DNA of 64,000 nt from Verrucomicrobiota bacterium (lineage in GTDB: Bacteria; Verrucomicrobiota; Verrucomicrobiia; Opitutales; Seribacteraceae): contig JAQBYT010000001.1 of NCBI GenBank assembly GCA_027622665.1, positions 352,001 to 416,000 on the forward strand, read 5' to 3'. Both the position numbers and the translations under genes were made by a program. The notes beneath the pieces were generated by a model. That model was not told the DNA's origin and did not search any database. It saw only the letters and a program-made list of their open reading frames with translations. Below are positions 21,456 through 30,347 of the stretch, piece after piece (within the stretch, counting starts at the first letter, position 1; the number at the start of each line of letters is the position of its first letter).

Positions 21456-22544
21456 TCACTTTTTTAAATTAAGTACTTCAATAATATGCTGTTTGATAGT
21501 TAATGGTTCCAACCCCTTCGTCGATCGATAAAAAATCTTAGCTTCAGATGTTAATAATCCAAGAAATGGAGTTGTTTCTAGTCCCTCTTCTGCTCTGAGC
21601 TCAACAACTGGAGAAATTTCGGTGCCTGAGCAAATATAATTTGTTCCTGAAGACTGAGTTTCGATTAAGAGTTTTTTCGCGACATCAGTGAAATCATTGC
21701 CATCCACACAAATAGTAACTAGCTTTAATCCCCTTTTTCTGTAAATTTTATGGATTGCAGCAAGTTGAAGCAATTCTTGACGGTTATTCTTATCTTGATT
21801 GCTCCATACATAAATTAATTTTGGTAGTTTTGAATCATTCCTTCTAACAAACTTAAGTGTTCTTATATTCGCAGTTTTCAAATAAACGCTTTCTCTAGCA
21901 AAACGCTCTCTCGTTTTTTCGGCAATTATACGATCTTTAATCCACTTGATAGAATTTCCAAAAACTAGCCCGCGAACCACCGCCGGTTCGATTCCATGAT
22001 TCAAGGAGTTAATCGCAATTCTCAGCTCTTCGCGATCCTCCCGATCCGGGTTTTTTGGGTCTCCAATCCTTCCAGAATACCGAAGTTTTCGTTTCTTATC
22101 GAAGAGGAAAGCATGGGGAGTTACGCGAACCCCATAGGCTTTTGCTACCTCTTGCGTTTTCCCGTCATAAAGATATGGGAAGGGATATTGCAATTCTCTT
22201 GCCCGCAATGCCATCTCGGGGAGAGTATCACCCAATGCCGAAGACGACAATTCGTCTGGCAAAATAGCTTCTGGATCGTTTGGCGATATGGCAACAACAG
22301 CCAATCCTTTATTCCGATACTCTTTTGCCAAACGAATGATGCGATGCTGAAATATTTGTGATGTCGGGCAGTGGTTTGAGAGAAAGACAATTACGAGCAG
22401 TTCGGATTTCCTGAAGTCTGTTGAATTATAAATGAGGCCATCGACCCCCGGCAATCGGAACGGCGGCATATCCTCTTGGTTGTCCAAGGCAAAGGCCGAA
22501 GACCATAATCCCGCAATTGCCAGTAAGAATCTTATACGATTCAT
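21456..22544 (-). CDS. Secreted redoxin (AhpC/TSA-like) with two thioredoxin-fold domains
   Basis: Signal peptide; FRLPGVDG, SNHCPTS, AISPND, FPYLYDG, TPHAFLFD, LRYSGRI; degenerate second Trx domain. Confidence 0.85.
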   Translation of the reverse strand: MNRIRFLLAIAGLWSSAFALDNQEDMPPFRLPGVDGLIYNSTDFRKSELLVIVFLSNHCPTSQIFQHRIIRLAKEYRNKGLAVVAISPNDPEAILPDELSSSALGDTLPEMALRARELQYPFPYLYDGKTQEVAKAYGVRVTPHAFLFDKKRKLRYSGRIGDPKNPDREDREELRIAINSLNHGIEPAVVRGLVFGNSIKWIKDRIIAEKTRERFARESVYLKTANIRTLKFVRRNDSKLPKLIYVWSNQDKNNRQELLQLAAIHKIYRKRGLKLVTICVDGNDFTDVAKKLLIETQSSGTNYICSGTEISPVVELRAEEGLETTPFLGLLTSEAKIFYRSTKGLEPLTIKQHIIEVLNLKK

Positions 22545-22661
22545 AAATGGTTAATCTGGACATAACGTTTTTGGTTGGCAAAGGAAAATATCAGTTTCTT
22601 AAAACCCAACAGACGATTGACCTTTTTGTACAGAAGACTACTCTTGATTTTTAAATTTAAT

Positions 22662-23849
22662 ATGTACCCCGAAGACAGCAAAGAGAAGTGGTTCAGCGGA
22701 AAAGGCTTGTGGCACGAGGTTGACGACAAGGACTGGAACAACTGGTCTTGGCAGCTACGGAACCGCATAACAAGCCTTTCCCAACTTGAGGAATACCTAG
22801 AATTGACCCATGAAGAACGTGAGGGGTGCCGCCTTGCGTATAGTAAACTGTCGATGGCGATCACACCTTTTTTCTTTAATTTGATAGATCGCAAAAACGC
22901 CAACTGCCCCATTCGCCTCCAGGTTATTCCAAGAGTGGAAGAAATGACAACCAGCCAAGAGGAAATGTTGGATCCCGTTGGTGAAGATGAACACTCTCCC
23001 GTTGCTGGAATCGTTCACCGATATCCAGATAGAGTCTTGTTTTTGGTTACAGACCGATGTGCTTCATATTGTCGCTACTGCACTAGAAGTCGGATGGTTT
23101 CAAATGCCCAGGATTACAATTTTCATCCTGCTCTAGAGGATGGACTCGCCTACATTGAACAAAATAGCAGCATTCGCGATGTCCTCTTGAGTGGTGGCGA
23201 TCCATTGCTTTTGTCGGATCGTAAACTTGATTATCTTCTCGGTCGCTTGCGGAAGATTCCTCATGTCGAATTTGTTCGTATTGGGTCTCGGATACCAGTG
23301 TTTCTGCCACAGCGTATCACGCCGGAATTGTCGGAAATCTTCCGAAAGCACGGGCCCGTTTGGATGAGTATTCACGTTAATCATCCCACGGAATGTACTG
23401 TCGAACTTAAAAGCGCATGCGAGCAACTAGCTTTTTCCGGAGTGCCCTTGGGGAATCAATCTGTTCTGCTGCGCGGAGTTAACGACGATTTGATGGTCAT
23501 GAAAAGTCTTGTCCATCGCCTTTTAATGATGCGCGTCAGACCTTATTATTTGTACCAGTGTGACCTTATTACGGGCAGTTCACATCTTCGATCCGACATC
23601 TCTACGGGTCTGGATATTATTCGCGGTTTACGCGGACACACCACGGGTTATGCCGTACCGCAATTTGTGATCGATGCCCCGGGAGGGGGGGGCAAGGTTC
23701 CGATAAACCCTGATTACGTAGAGCGGATTTCTGAAAATGAAATCGTTTTCAAAAACTTCCAGGGTAAATCTTATCGCTATCCTCTTATTGGCGGCACCAT
23801 CGGTCATGTCCCAAATATAGATGGCATCCGCGATAAAATTTTGACTTAA
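22662..23849 (+). CDS. KamA-family radical SAM protein (lysine 2,3-aminomutase-like)
   Basis: W-x-WQLRNRI, HRYPDRVL, CASYCRYC, LLSGGDPL, NQSVLLRGVND, RPYYLYQCD, DAPGGGGK. ATG at 22662 chosen as start. Confidence 0.92.
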   Translation: MYPEDSKEKWFSGKGLWHEVDDKDWNNWSWQLRNRITSLSQLEEYLELTHEEREGCRLAYSKLSMAITPFFFNLIDRKNANCPIRLQVIPRVEEMTTSQEEMLDPVGEDEHSPVAGIVHRYPDRVLFLVTDRCASYCRYCTRSRMVSNAQDYNFHPALEDGLAYIEQNSSIRDVLLSGGDPLLLSDRKLDYLLGRLRKIPHVEFVRIGSRIPVFLPQRITPELSEIFRKHGPVWMSIHVNHPTECTVELKSACEQLAFSGVPLGNQSVLLRGVNDDLMVMKSLVHRLLMMRVRPYYLYQCDLITGSSHLRSDISTGLDIIRGLRGHTTGYAVPQFVIDAPGGGGKVPINPDYVERISENEIVFKNFQGKSYRYPLIGGTIGHVPNIDGIRDKILT

Positions 23850-25078
23850 TTTCCGCGATGTCTCCAGGGAAAGAAAGCGGCTAGGTAGCCTTTGGGATAA
23901 CACTTTTCGTCCTCTGGAAGTTCGACAAATCCATCTGTCCCCACCAAAGCCGCCAAGTCGCCAGAATTATTTGGCGGTCGAGGCTGCACGCACATTGCCC
24001 CTGATGTGCTTTCCTGTATGCATACCGGCAGGAATCGGGTGAACGAAGGTGTATAATTAAAAGGTTCCGTCAACTCTGCCGTAATTGGGGAATTAGCTCT
24101 AATGCCTTGCAAGAGGTTTAGTGTTAATCGGACATAGCGGACGAAGCCAACGACTGCAGATATGGGATTTCCGGGTAATCCAAATGCAATTGGTCCGTCC
24201 GAAATCTTACCGAACCACAATGGCTTGCCGGGGGATTGGCGAACACCGTGAAAAATTGTCTCGAAGCCACAACCGGCAAGAACGTCTGGAAGATAATCCT
24301 TACGACCTACGGAAACCCCTCCCGTGAAAATCAAAAGGTCTGATGTGCCGACAAGCATTTCTACCGCTTCGCTAATCTTGTCCCGGTCGTCAGGCACTCG
24401 ATTAACAACAGGGGGCCGAAGTCCTTCTAAAACGCAGGCCGCAGATAGGGCATGTATATTAGATTCGCGTATTTGAAAAGGCGTAGGAGTCGATTCCACG
24501 GCAACGAGTTCTTCGCCTGTACCAAGAATGCCGACCACCGGGAGACGGGACACCGTAAGTGTTTTATATCCACAAGTTGCGGCAACCGCCACCTCTCCTG
24601 GATTCAACGTACTCCCACTGGAAACAAGTTGATCACCCTTGGCGTGATCACTTCCTTTGCGATGGACAAAAAGTCCAGATTCAACGCGAACTCCAGCTGG
24701 AGAAGTGATAACGACCTCGTCATCAATCCTTGCGACCCACTCAACAGGCAGAACCGTATCGGTTCCTGTAGGTAGAGATGCACCCGTCGCAACCTCTACG
24801 CATTCCTGTACAGATTCGACGCCTGCGCCAATATAACCTGCCATTTGTTGACCACATACTACAAACTTGCGAAGGCCTGCGAACCACGCATCACTGTTTA
24901 TGGCAAAACCATCCATCATCACTCTATCGAACGGGGGGAACGCTCGGTCGGCCATTAAAGGTTGTCGGAGAATGCGCCCCGCGGATTCAGACAAGAAGAC
25001 ATTCTCGAGATTCAGAGAATTAACATTTTTATGAATAAGTGAAATTGCATCCTTTACGGTTAATAGAGAAGGTATCAT
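23846..25078 (-). CDS. moeA: Molybdopterin molybdotransferase
   Basis: PPFDRVMMDGFA, ATGASLPTGTDTV, TGEEL, TGGVSVG, PGKP, GLPGNP. Confidence 0.93.
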   Translation of the reverse strand: MIPSLLTVKDAISLIHKNVNSLNLENVFLSESAGRILRQPLMADRAFPPFDRVMMDGFAINSDAWFAGLRKFVVCGQQMAGYIGAGVESVQECVEVATGASLPTGTDTVLPVEWVARIDDEVVITSPAGVRVESGLFVHRKGSDHAKGDQLVSSGSTLNPGEVAVAATCGYKTLTVSRLPVVGILGTGEELVAVESTPTPFQIRESNIHALSAACVLEGLRPPVVNRVPDDRDKISEAVEMLVGTSDLLIFTGGVSVGRKDYLPDVLAGCGFETIFHGVRQSPGKPLWFGKISDGPIAFGLPGNPISAVVGFVRYVRLTLNLLQGIRANSPITAELTEPFNYTPSFTRFLPVCIQESTSGAMCVQPRPPNNSGDLAALVGTDGFVELPEDEKCYPKGYLAAFFPWRHRGN

Positions 25079-25132
25079 AAATAGATATGAAATATAAGTT
25101 GCTTCATAAAATCAGAACTACGAAAATGTAAA

Positions 25133-26140
25133 ATGGGTAAAGTTAAAGATACTCTGGGTAGACCGATTCGAGATTTAAGGATTTCAGTTACCGACCGCTG
25201 TAATTTCCGTTGCAAATACTGTATGCCTGCAGAAATATTTGGTCCGCAATATGCATTTTTGCCCAAGGGAGAAATCCTCACATTTGAAGAAATCACCAGA
25301 CTCGCAAAAATATTTAGTTTTTTTGGGGCCATTTAATAAAGAATCACAGGTGGCGAGCCGCTACTACGACGGGATTTACCCTTGCTTGTCAAAATGTTAT
25401 GTGAATTGGGGAGTTATGAAGATTTAGCACTAACGACAAACGGCTTTTTACTTTCGAAATACGCTAAAGAATTGTTCGATTCTGGCCTAAAGAGAGTTAC
25501 CGTCAGCCTAGATTCTTTAAAGGAAACTACATTCAAATATATGAATGGTGGGTTTTCATCAGTTCAAGATGTAACAAAAGGAATAGAAGCTGCGATAAGC
25601 GTTGGCTTATATGTAAAAATAAATGTGGTGGTGCAAAAAGGAGTAAATGAAGATCAAATTATTCCAATTGCAGAATACGGAAATCAACTAGGAATAAATA
25701 CTAGATTCATTGAGTTTATGGATGTTGGAAATCACAATCAATGGATAGAGGAAAAGGTTTTTACAGCTCGTGATATTCTAAAGGTGCTGCAGTCGCGATT
25801 TTCTCTGGAACCCATTGGATCTAGCTATCGTGGTGAAGTCGCACAAAGATATAAGGAAAGTGGTTCATCATGGGAGATAGGACTTATCTCATCAATAACC
25901 AAACCTTTTTGTCGGGATTGCGTGAGAGCAAGAGTGAGTGCCGATGGTCATATTTTTACATGCCTTTTCGGGACGAAAGGTTTTGATATTAGGTCACAGA
26001 TGAGAAAAGGACTTAATGACGATGATTTTATAGATCTTATTTCGAAAATATGGACACTACGAAAAGATAAGTACTCTGAAGATCGTTCACAGTTAAGGGG
26101 CACTCTCGACAAGGTTGAAATGCATCATATTGGCGGTTAA
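25133..26140 (+). pseudogene. moaA: GTP 3',8-cyclase with two tandem in-frame TAA stops at 25334-25339
   Basis: [18 protein letters not shown]...GAI**RITGGEPLLR...LTTNG...FIEFMD...FCRDCVRARVSADG...TC...MHHIGG. Both track ORFs share one frame; 335 codons in total. Confidence 0.88.
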
Positions 26141-26266
26141 GGATTATAGCCTATATGAAATTTATAAATGCCTGAATTTATAGAAACACTGTTTACCAAA
26201 ATATAAATGAGTTTAAAAAAAGGATGGAATCCTCATTTCCGCTAAACTAGAGTTGGTTTGGTATAA

Positions 26267-27421
26267 TTAATCTGTTCGGATGGGCATTACAACACAAAGG
26301 AAACTTAGGGGGTCTCCTTCTTTAGGACCGTCTGTACGAAAAACACCTGGACTCATATCGTCTCTAAATTCAAAAAATACCTTGTCTTTTGTCAAAGACT
26401 TCAATGGATCGAGCAGGAAACGAGGGTTGAAGGAAACCGTAGCATTTTCTCCATCGTACTCAATCGACATGGACTCGCGTGCATCCCCCAAGATGCTTTG
26501 ACCTGTTATTTCTAGTTCGTAGGGTTTTAGCCTAAAGGTTACTTTGTCATCTGATACCAATGCTGCTCTAGTCACACATTCTTGCAATAATTCTCGCTCT
26601 ACTTCACTGCGATTAAAACTGTCTTTTGGGATGACTTGCTTGTAGTTTGGATACTTTCCTTCCACGACTTTTGAAACGAGGTAAACTGATTCGACAAAAC
26701 CTTTTCCGGCTTCACCCTCTTCGACTTTTTGATTACCTATTTTCATCTCAAAAGCCACCTGCCTGTCGGTAAATGAAACACGCACCGAATTACCCAGGTT
26801 AGGAATTCTTTCCAGCTCGGAAACGGAAGAGGATGGCAAAATGAACTCTCCTCCCTCGTTTGTTTTTTCTCCAAGAGTACGTTTTGTGACCGCAAGGCGT
26901 CGACCATCGGTTGCTACCAGTGCCAGTTCGTCTTCCGAGAAAAGAAAGTAAACCCCTTTTAACATATAGCGTTCCTCGTTTAGGGACTGTGCATAAGAAA
27001 CATTCTTGAGCATCTGGATTAATTCCGCACGATCTAGATCGAAATCTTGTTGTCCTTCAAGCGTAGGCAGGGGCGGGAATTCTTTACTTTCCATTCCCAT
27101 CACATTAAAAACGGATCCCCTTGTGGTTATTGTCGCCTTTGGGTCGGCACCGGTTTCTACGCTTACTTCCATATCCGCGAGTTGGCGAATAATGCTGCCC
27201 AGCTCCTTCACCGGCAAGGTTACAGCTCCAGGTTCAGCAACTTCTGCTTTAACCGAGCATCTGGCCCCCAGGTCTAGGTTAGTTGTCGTTAGCGACACCT
27301 TGCCTGCTTCCGCTTCTATTAAAACATTTTGAAGGATTGGCATTGTCTTGCGAGTGCCAACCACGCTGTTGACCAACTGGAGGCCAGAACTGAAAAAATC
27401 TCGGTTTATTTTGAACTTCAT
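26267..27421 (-). CDS. dnaN: DNA polymerase III beta clamp
   Basis: TMPILQNVLI, TTTNLD, EFPPLP, VATDGRRLA, EGKYPNYKQVIP, FNPRFLLD, VVMPIR. Confidence 0.97.
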   Translation of the reverse strand: MKFKINRDFFSSGLQLVNSVVGTRKTMPILQNVLIEAEAGKVSLTTTNLDLGARCSVKAEVAEPGAVTLPVKELGSIIRQLADMEVSVETGADPKATITTRGSVFNVMGMESKEFPPLPTLEGQQDFDLDRAELIQMLKNVSYAQSLNEERYMLKGVYFLFSEDELALVATDGRRLAVTKRTLGEKTNEGGEFILPSSSVSELERIPNLGNSVRVSFTDRQVAFEMKIGNQKVEEGEAGKGFVESVYLVSKVVEGKYPNYKQVIPKDSFNRSEVERELLQECVTRAALVSDDKVTFRLKPYELEITGQSILGDARESMSIEYDGENATVSFNPRFLLDPLKSLTKDKVFFEFRDDMSPGVFRTDGPKEGDPLSFLCVVMPIRTD

Positions 27422-27668
27422 TGTCTAAGCAATTTTGAGGTTTTGAAGGTAACCGGCAAACGATAATTATATAAGAAAGACAATTTAAAAGAATTTAATC
27501 TTCTTATTATATCCCTTGAATAACAATAATAGATATCTTATCAAGTTGAACACAAATTGGTTACGGAAAAATCGGTATATTAATAAAAGCCCAAAAAAAT
27601 GAGAATACTTGCCAAACCCGTGAATAAAAATTTTGGTGTTCACACCTTGTATACACCCCGCCATCTAA
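27422..27668. promoter_or_regulatory. Candidate chromosomal origin (oriC) upstream of dnaN
   Basis: AT-rich. DnaA-box-like 9-mers at 27619-27627 (reverse complement TTATTCACG, 8/9), 27636-27644 (GTGTTCACA), 27647-27655 (TTGTATACA), 27515-27523 and 27545-27553. Trio-like run GAATAACAATAATAG at 27518-27532. Confidence 0.5.
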
Positions 27669-28034
27669 TTATTCACGTTCCCTCCTTTTTGCTAAAGCTT
27701 CAAGATAATTCCAGAATGACTGGTCTTTTTCTAGGTCTTTTTCTTCACTTACCGGGAGTTTGAAACGAACAACAAAGTCGTTAAATGTGTTTTTTCTCAA
27801 GATATAGAGGCAGTGCAGTGTTTTATCTCCCCGTTCAAGGTAAATCCTCAGGTCACCAATCCGCATTCTGAAAAAGTTCTTACCGTTGCGACTAAAACGA
27901 CCGACATCGGAATCTTTTTCTGAAATAACCTCGGAGGTTAGGGAACTTAGTTTTTCCATAAGCTCCAATTGACCGACATGGTCGAGGGCGTTAACCTCGG
28001 CCATGCTTTGATCGCTAAATGTCAACTGAAACAT
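27669..28034 (-). CDS. RelE/ParE-fold protein (toxin-like), no adjacent antitoxin
   Basis: MFQLTFSDQSMAEVNAL...FFRMRIGDLRIY pattern typical of the RelE fold. Confidence 0.7.
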   Translation of the reverse strand: MFQLTFSDQSMAEVNALDHVGQLELMEKLSSLTSEVISEKDSDVGRFSRNGKNFFRMRIGDLRIYLERGDKTLHCLYILRKNTFNDFVVRFKLPVSEEKDLEKDQSFWNYLEALAKRRERE

Positions 28035-28363
28035 TGAAAACTGAACATTTTGGTTTTAAAATACACCAAAGCAAAAACTTTTCTTGTAAGAAAGGAATCG
28101 GAGTTTGCCTAGAATTGCTCGAGAAACATGAATTTAGATAGTTAGAGATGAACAAAATGGAAATAGTCAAGACTTTGGATGCTCTTCTTTTGGAACAGAA
28201 AGCAAAATAAGCTTTGAATGCAATATCCAACGAATCCACCCGACACGCTATGGAAAACATGAAGTGTTAGAGAAACAAATGGCTTCTTCAACTTGCGGTA
28301 AGGTTTTCAAGCCTCGCCCTCTGGGCATAATTTGTACACAATTATCGATTATAAAATCTCGAA

Positions 28364-29347
28364 ATGATACCAGACCATATACCTGAAATTATGAACGCCC
28401 GTGCAGTTCTTGAAACAGAATCTGCGGCAATTAAACTTGCGGCCGAACGCCTCGATGCCAACTTTGTGCGGGCAGTAGATATTTTGGATGTACCTGACGG
28501 AAAAATTGTCGTTGCGGGATTGGGAAAATCGGGTCATGTCGGGCGCAAAATTGCGGCTACTTTTTGCAGTACTGGTTCACCTGCTGTATTTATGCATGCT
28601 GCAGAAGCCGTTCACGGGGATCTAGGTGTGCATCAATCCGGAAATCCGACGATATTTCTTTCTAACAGCGGTTCCACAAGTGAACTGTTGGCACTGGTTC
28701 CCATCTTGCGGGATCGAAGTTCCTCTCTTGTGGGAATTTTAGGTAATCTCGATGGGGCACTGGGTCAAAAAATGGATGTAGTCCTAGATGCCTCTGTTTC
28801 CCGTGAGGCTGATCCATTGGGCATTGTGCCAACCGCCAGTTTTGTCGTAACGGCAGCACTGGGAGATGCTCTTGCTTCATCTCTCATGCAAAAGCGAGGT
28901 TTTACAGAGGAGGATTATGCTCACACCCATCCAGGAGGACAGCTAGGGCGGAGTTGGTCGCTTTCCGTGAATGACCTTATGCATCCAATGGAGAAAGTCG
29001 CATGTTGCGAAGAGGACACATCTTTAAGAAATCTCGTGATCGCGATGACCGAATATCCCCTAGGCGCTGCCTGTGTTATGCGTGATGGTAGGCTTTTGGG
29101 ACTTATAACCGACGGAGACCTCCGCCGTGCGTTACGGGAACAAGAAGACATTCTTTCCCTTAAGGCATCGGCATTGATGAGTACTGACCCGGTTGTTGTG
29201 GAGCCAGGTGTTTCCATTGGCGCGGCTTTACGCATAATGGAAGAACGTCCCTCGCAAATAGCGGTACTGCCCGTTGTGGCCCCCGAGGACGGTTCCTTGT
29301 TGGGGCTTTTGCGCCTTCATGACATTTACACCCCTGATGAACGGTAA
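28364..29347 (+). CDS. kdsD: KpsF/GutQ arabinose-5-phosphate isomerase (SIS + 2 CBS)
   Basis: GLGKSGHVGRKIAATFCSTG, EAVHGDLG, SNSGST, PTAS, GDALA, HPGGQLG, GLITDGDLRR, LRLHD. Confidence 0.93.
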   Translation: MIPDHIPEIMNARAVLETESAAIKLAAERLDANFVRAVDILDVPDGKIVVAGLGKSGHVGRKIAATFCSTGSPAVFMHAAEAVHGDLGVHQSGNPTIFLSNSGSTSELLALVPILRDRSSSLVGILGNLDGALGQKMDVVLDASVSREADPLGIVPTASFVVTAALGDALASSLMQKRGFTEEDYAHTHPGGQLGRSWSLSVNDLMHPMEKVACCEEDTSLRNLVIAMTEYPLGAACVMRDGRLLGLITDGDLRRALREQEDILSLKASALMSTDPVVVEPGVSIGAALRIMEERPSQIAVLPVVAPEDGSLLGLLRLHDIYTPDER

Positions 29348-29420
29348 TCAAAAGGATAACTTCCGAAATAATCGCAAAATGCTTTACCGCCAGCGGGTTA
29401 AAGTTTAGCTCAAATTGCCC

Positions 29421-29729
29421 ATGCGAATTGTTTTTGGAATATTGTCGATGGCCGCGATAGTGGCGATGGTGTTCTTGGGTTTGAGCTTAAAGGACGCCCA
29501 TGAGGAAAGTGAGCACTGGAAGACACGCAGGGCAACTCTGGAGAACGAATTGTTGGAGTTAAGAAAGGAAGTGGAAGAACATGGTGCTTTTCTAGACCGC
29601 CTGCGGCGTGATCCAGACTTTCAAAATGCAATGGCCCGCAAAGAACTTGGTTATGGAAAGCGTGGCGAACTAAATTTTCGTTTTCCCAAAGAGGAGGCCA
29701 ACTTGACTGATGAAAGTGCGGAACCGTGA
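29421..29729 (+). CDS. Septum formation initiator FtsB/DivIC family
   Basis: TM helix, coiled coil, L-x-RDPDFQNAMARKELGY-x-K-x-GE motif. Confidence 0.85.
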   Translation: MRIVFGILSMAAIVAMVFLGLSLKDAHEESEHWKTRRATLENELLELRKEVEEHGAFLDRLRRDPDFQNAMARKELGYGKRGELNFRFPKEEANLTDESAEP

Positions 29730-30292
29730 AAGACGAAGAATTTGATGAAACACCTAAAGAGACTCGAAGACTTTTCGTTTTTTTTGCAGCTTTTTCAAGC
29801 GGAACGAACAAGCTATTTCCTCTGGTCGCGTGGCTGTCTTTAGTGTGGCGGGCGGGAAGGTTCGCACCTAGATTACGAAGGCCCAAAGGGTGGATTTCCA
29901 GGAACACTCCTTTCGAAAAAGTGGGGCTATTTTACATGAAAGAAGGCAAACATGCGGTTATCGAATATAGCGATTTACTTTTGGCCTCAAACCCACTTGT
30001 CCTTGAAACCTCGCGGCGGGAAGGGTTTGCATCTATAAAGAATGCTACAGGCGAAGATCCTTCCTCATCTTCCTACGTCGCTCTGTTTGTTCGTGCTCGC
30101 AATTGGGCTCGCCGTTCGGGAATTGATGAGGGGTGTTATGAATGTGAGGTTTCTACAACTTTTCAAACCTCATCTTCGGAGTTTAGCGAAAGCTGGCATC
30201 GCCGCAGAAAAGGGTTCGGCTTGCAGCAGAGCTTAATTCTCGCCCAAAAGCATCTATTCCCAATGCTTGACCCGAAGGGCATACGCCCCTAG
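29726..30292 (+). CDS. Hypothetical protein
   Basis: GTG start overlaps the ftsB-like stop (GTGA); fills the gap to pgm; no recognised motif. Confidence 0.55.
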   Translation: MKDEEFDETPKETRRLFVFFAAFSSGTNKLFPLVAWLSLVWRAGRFAPRLRRPKGWISRNTPFEKVGLFYMKEGKHAVIEYSDLLLASNPLVLETSRREGFASIKNATGEDPSSSSYVALFVRARNWARRSGIDEGCYECEVSTTFQTSSSEFSESWHRRRKGFGLQQSLILAQKHLFPMLDPKGIRP

Positions 30293-30347
30293 CTAGTCTC
30301 TCTTTTTTCATTCATCCTCGCAACCAGAAGCGACAACAGACTCAATT

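Noticed and set aside
22662..23849. KamA and the ATP-grasp fusion as one pathway
   Set aside because: They are 13 kb apart and of different base composition; nothing in the sequence links them.
25133..26140. Stop-codon recoding (selenocysteine or alternative genetic code) in moaA
   Set aside because: The stops are TAA, which terminates many normal genes in this window, and the positions are not Cys sites.
28015..28260. 81-aa ORF upstream of the RelE-like gene as its antitoxin
   Set aside because: No RHH/Phd-like or acidic character; reads like translated AT-rich intergenic DNA.
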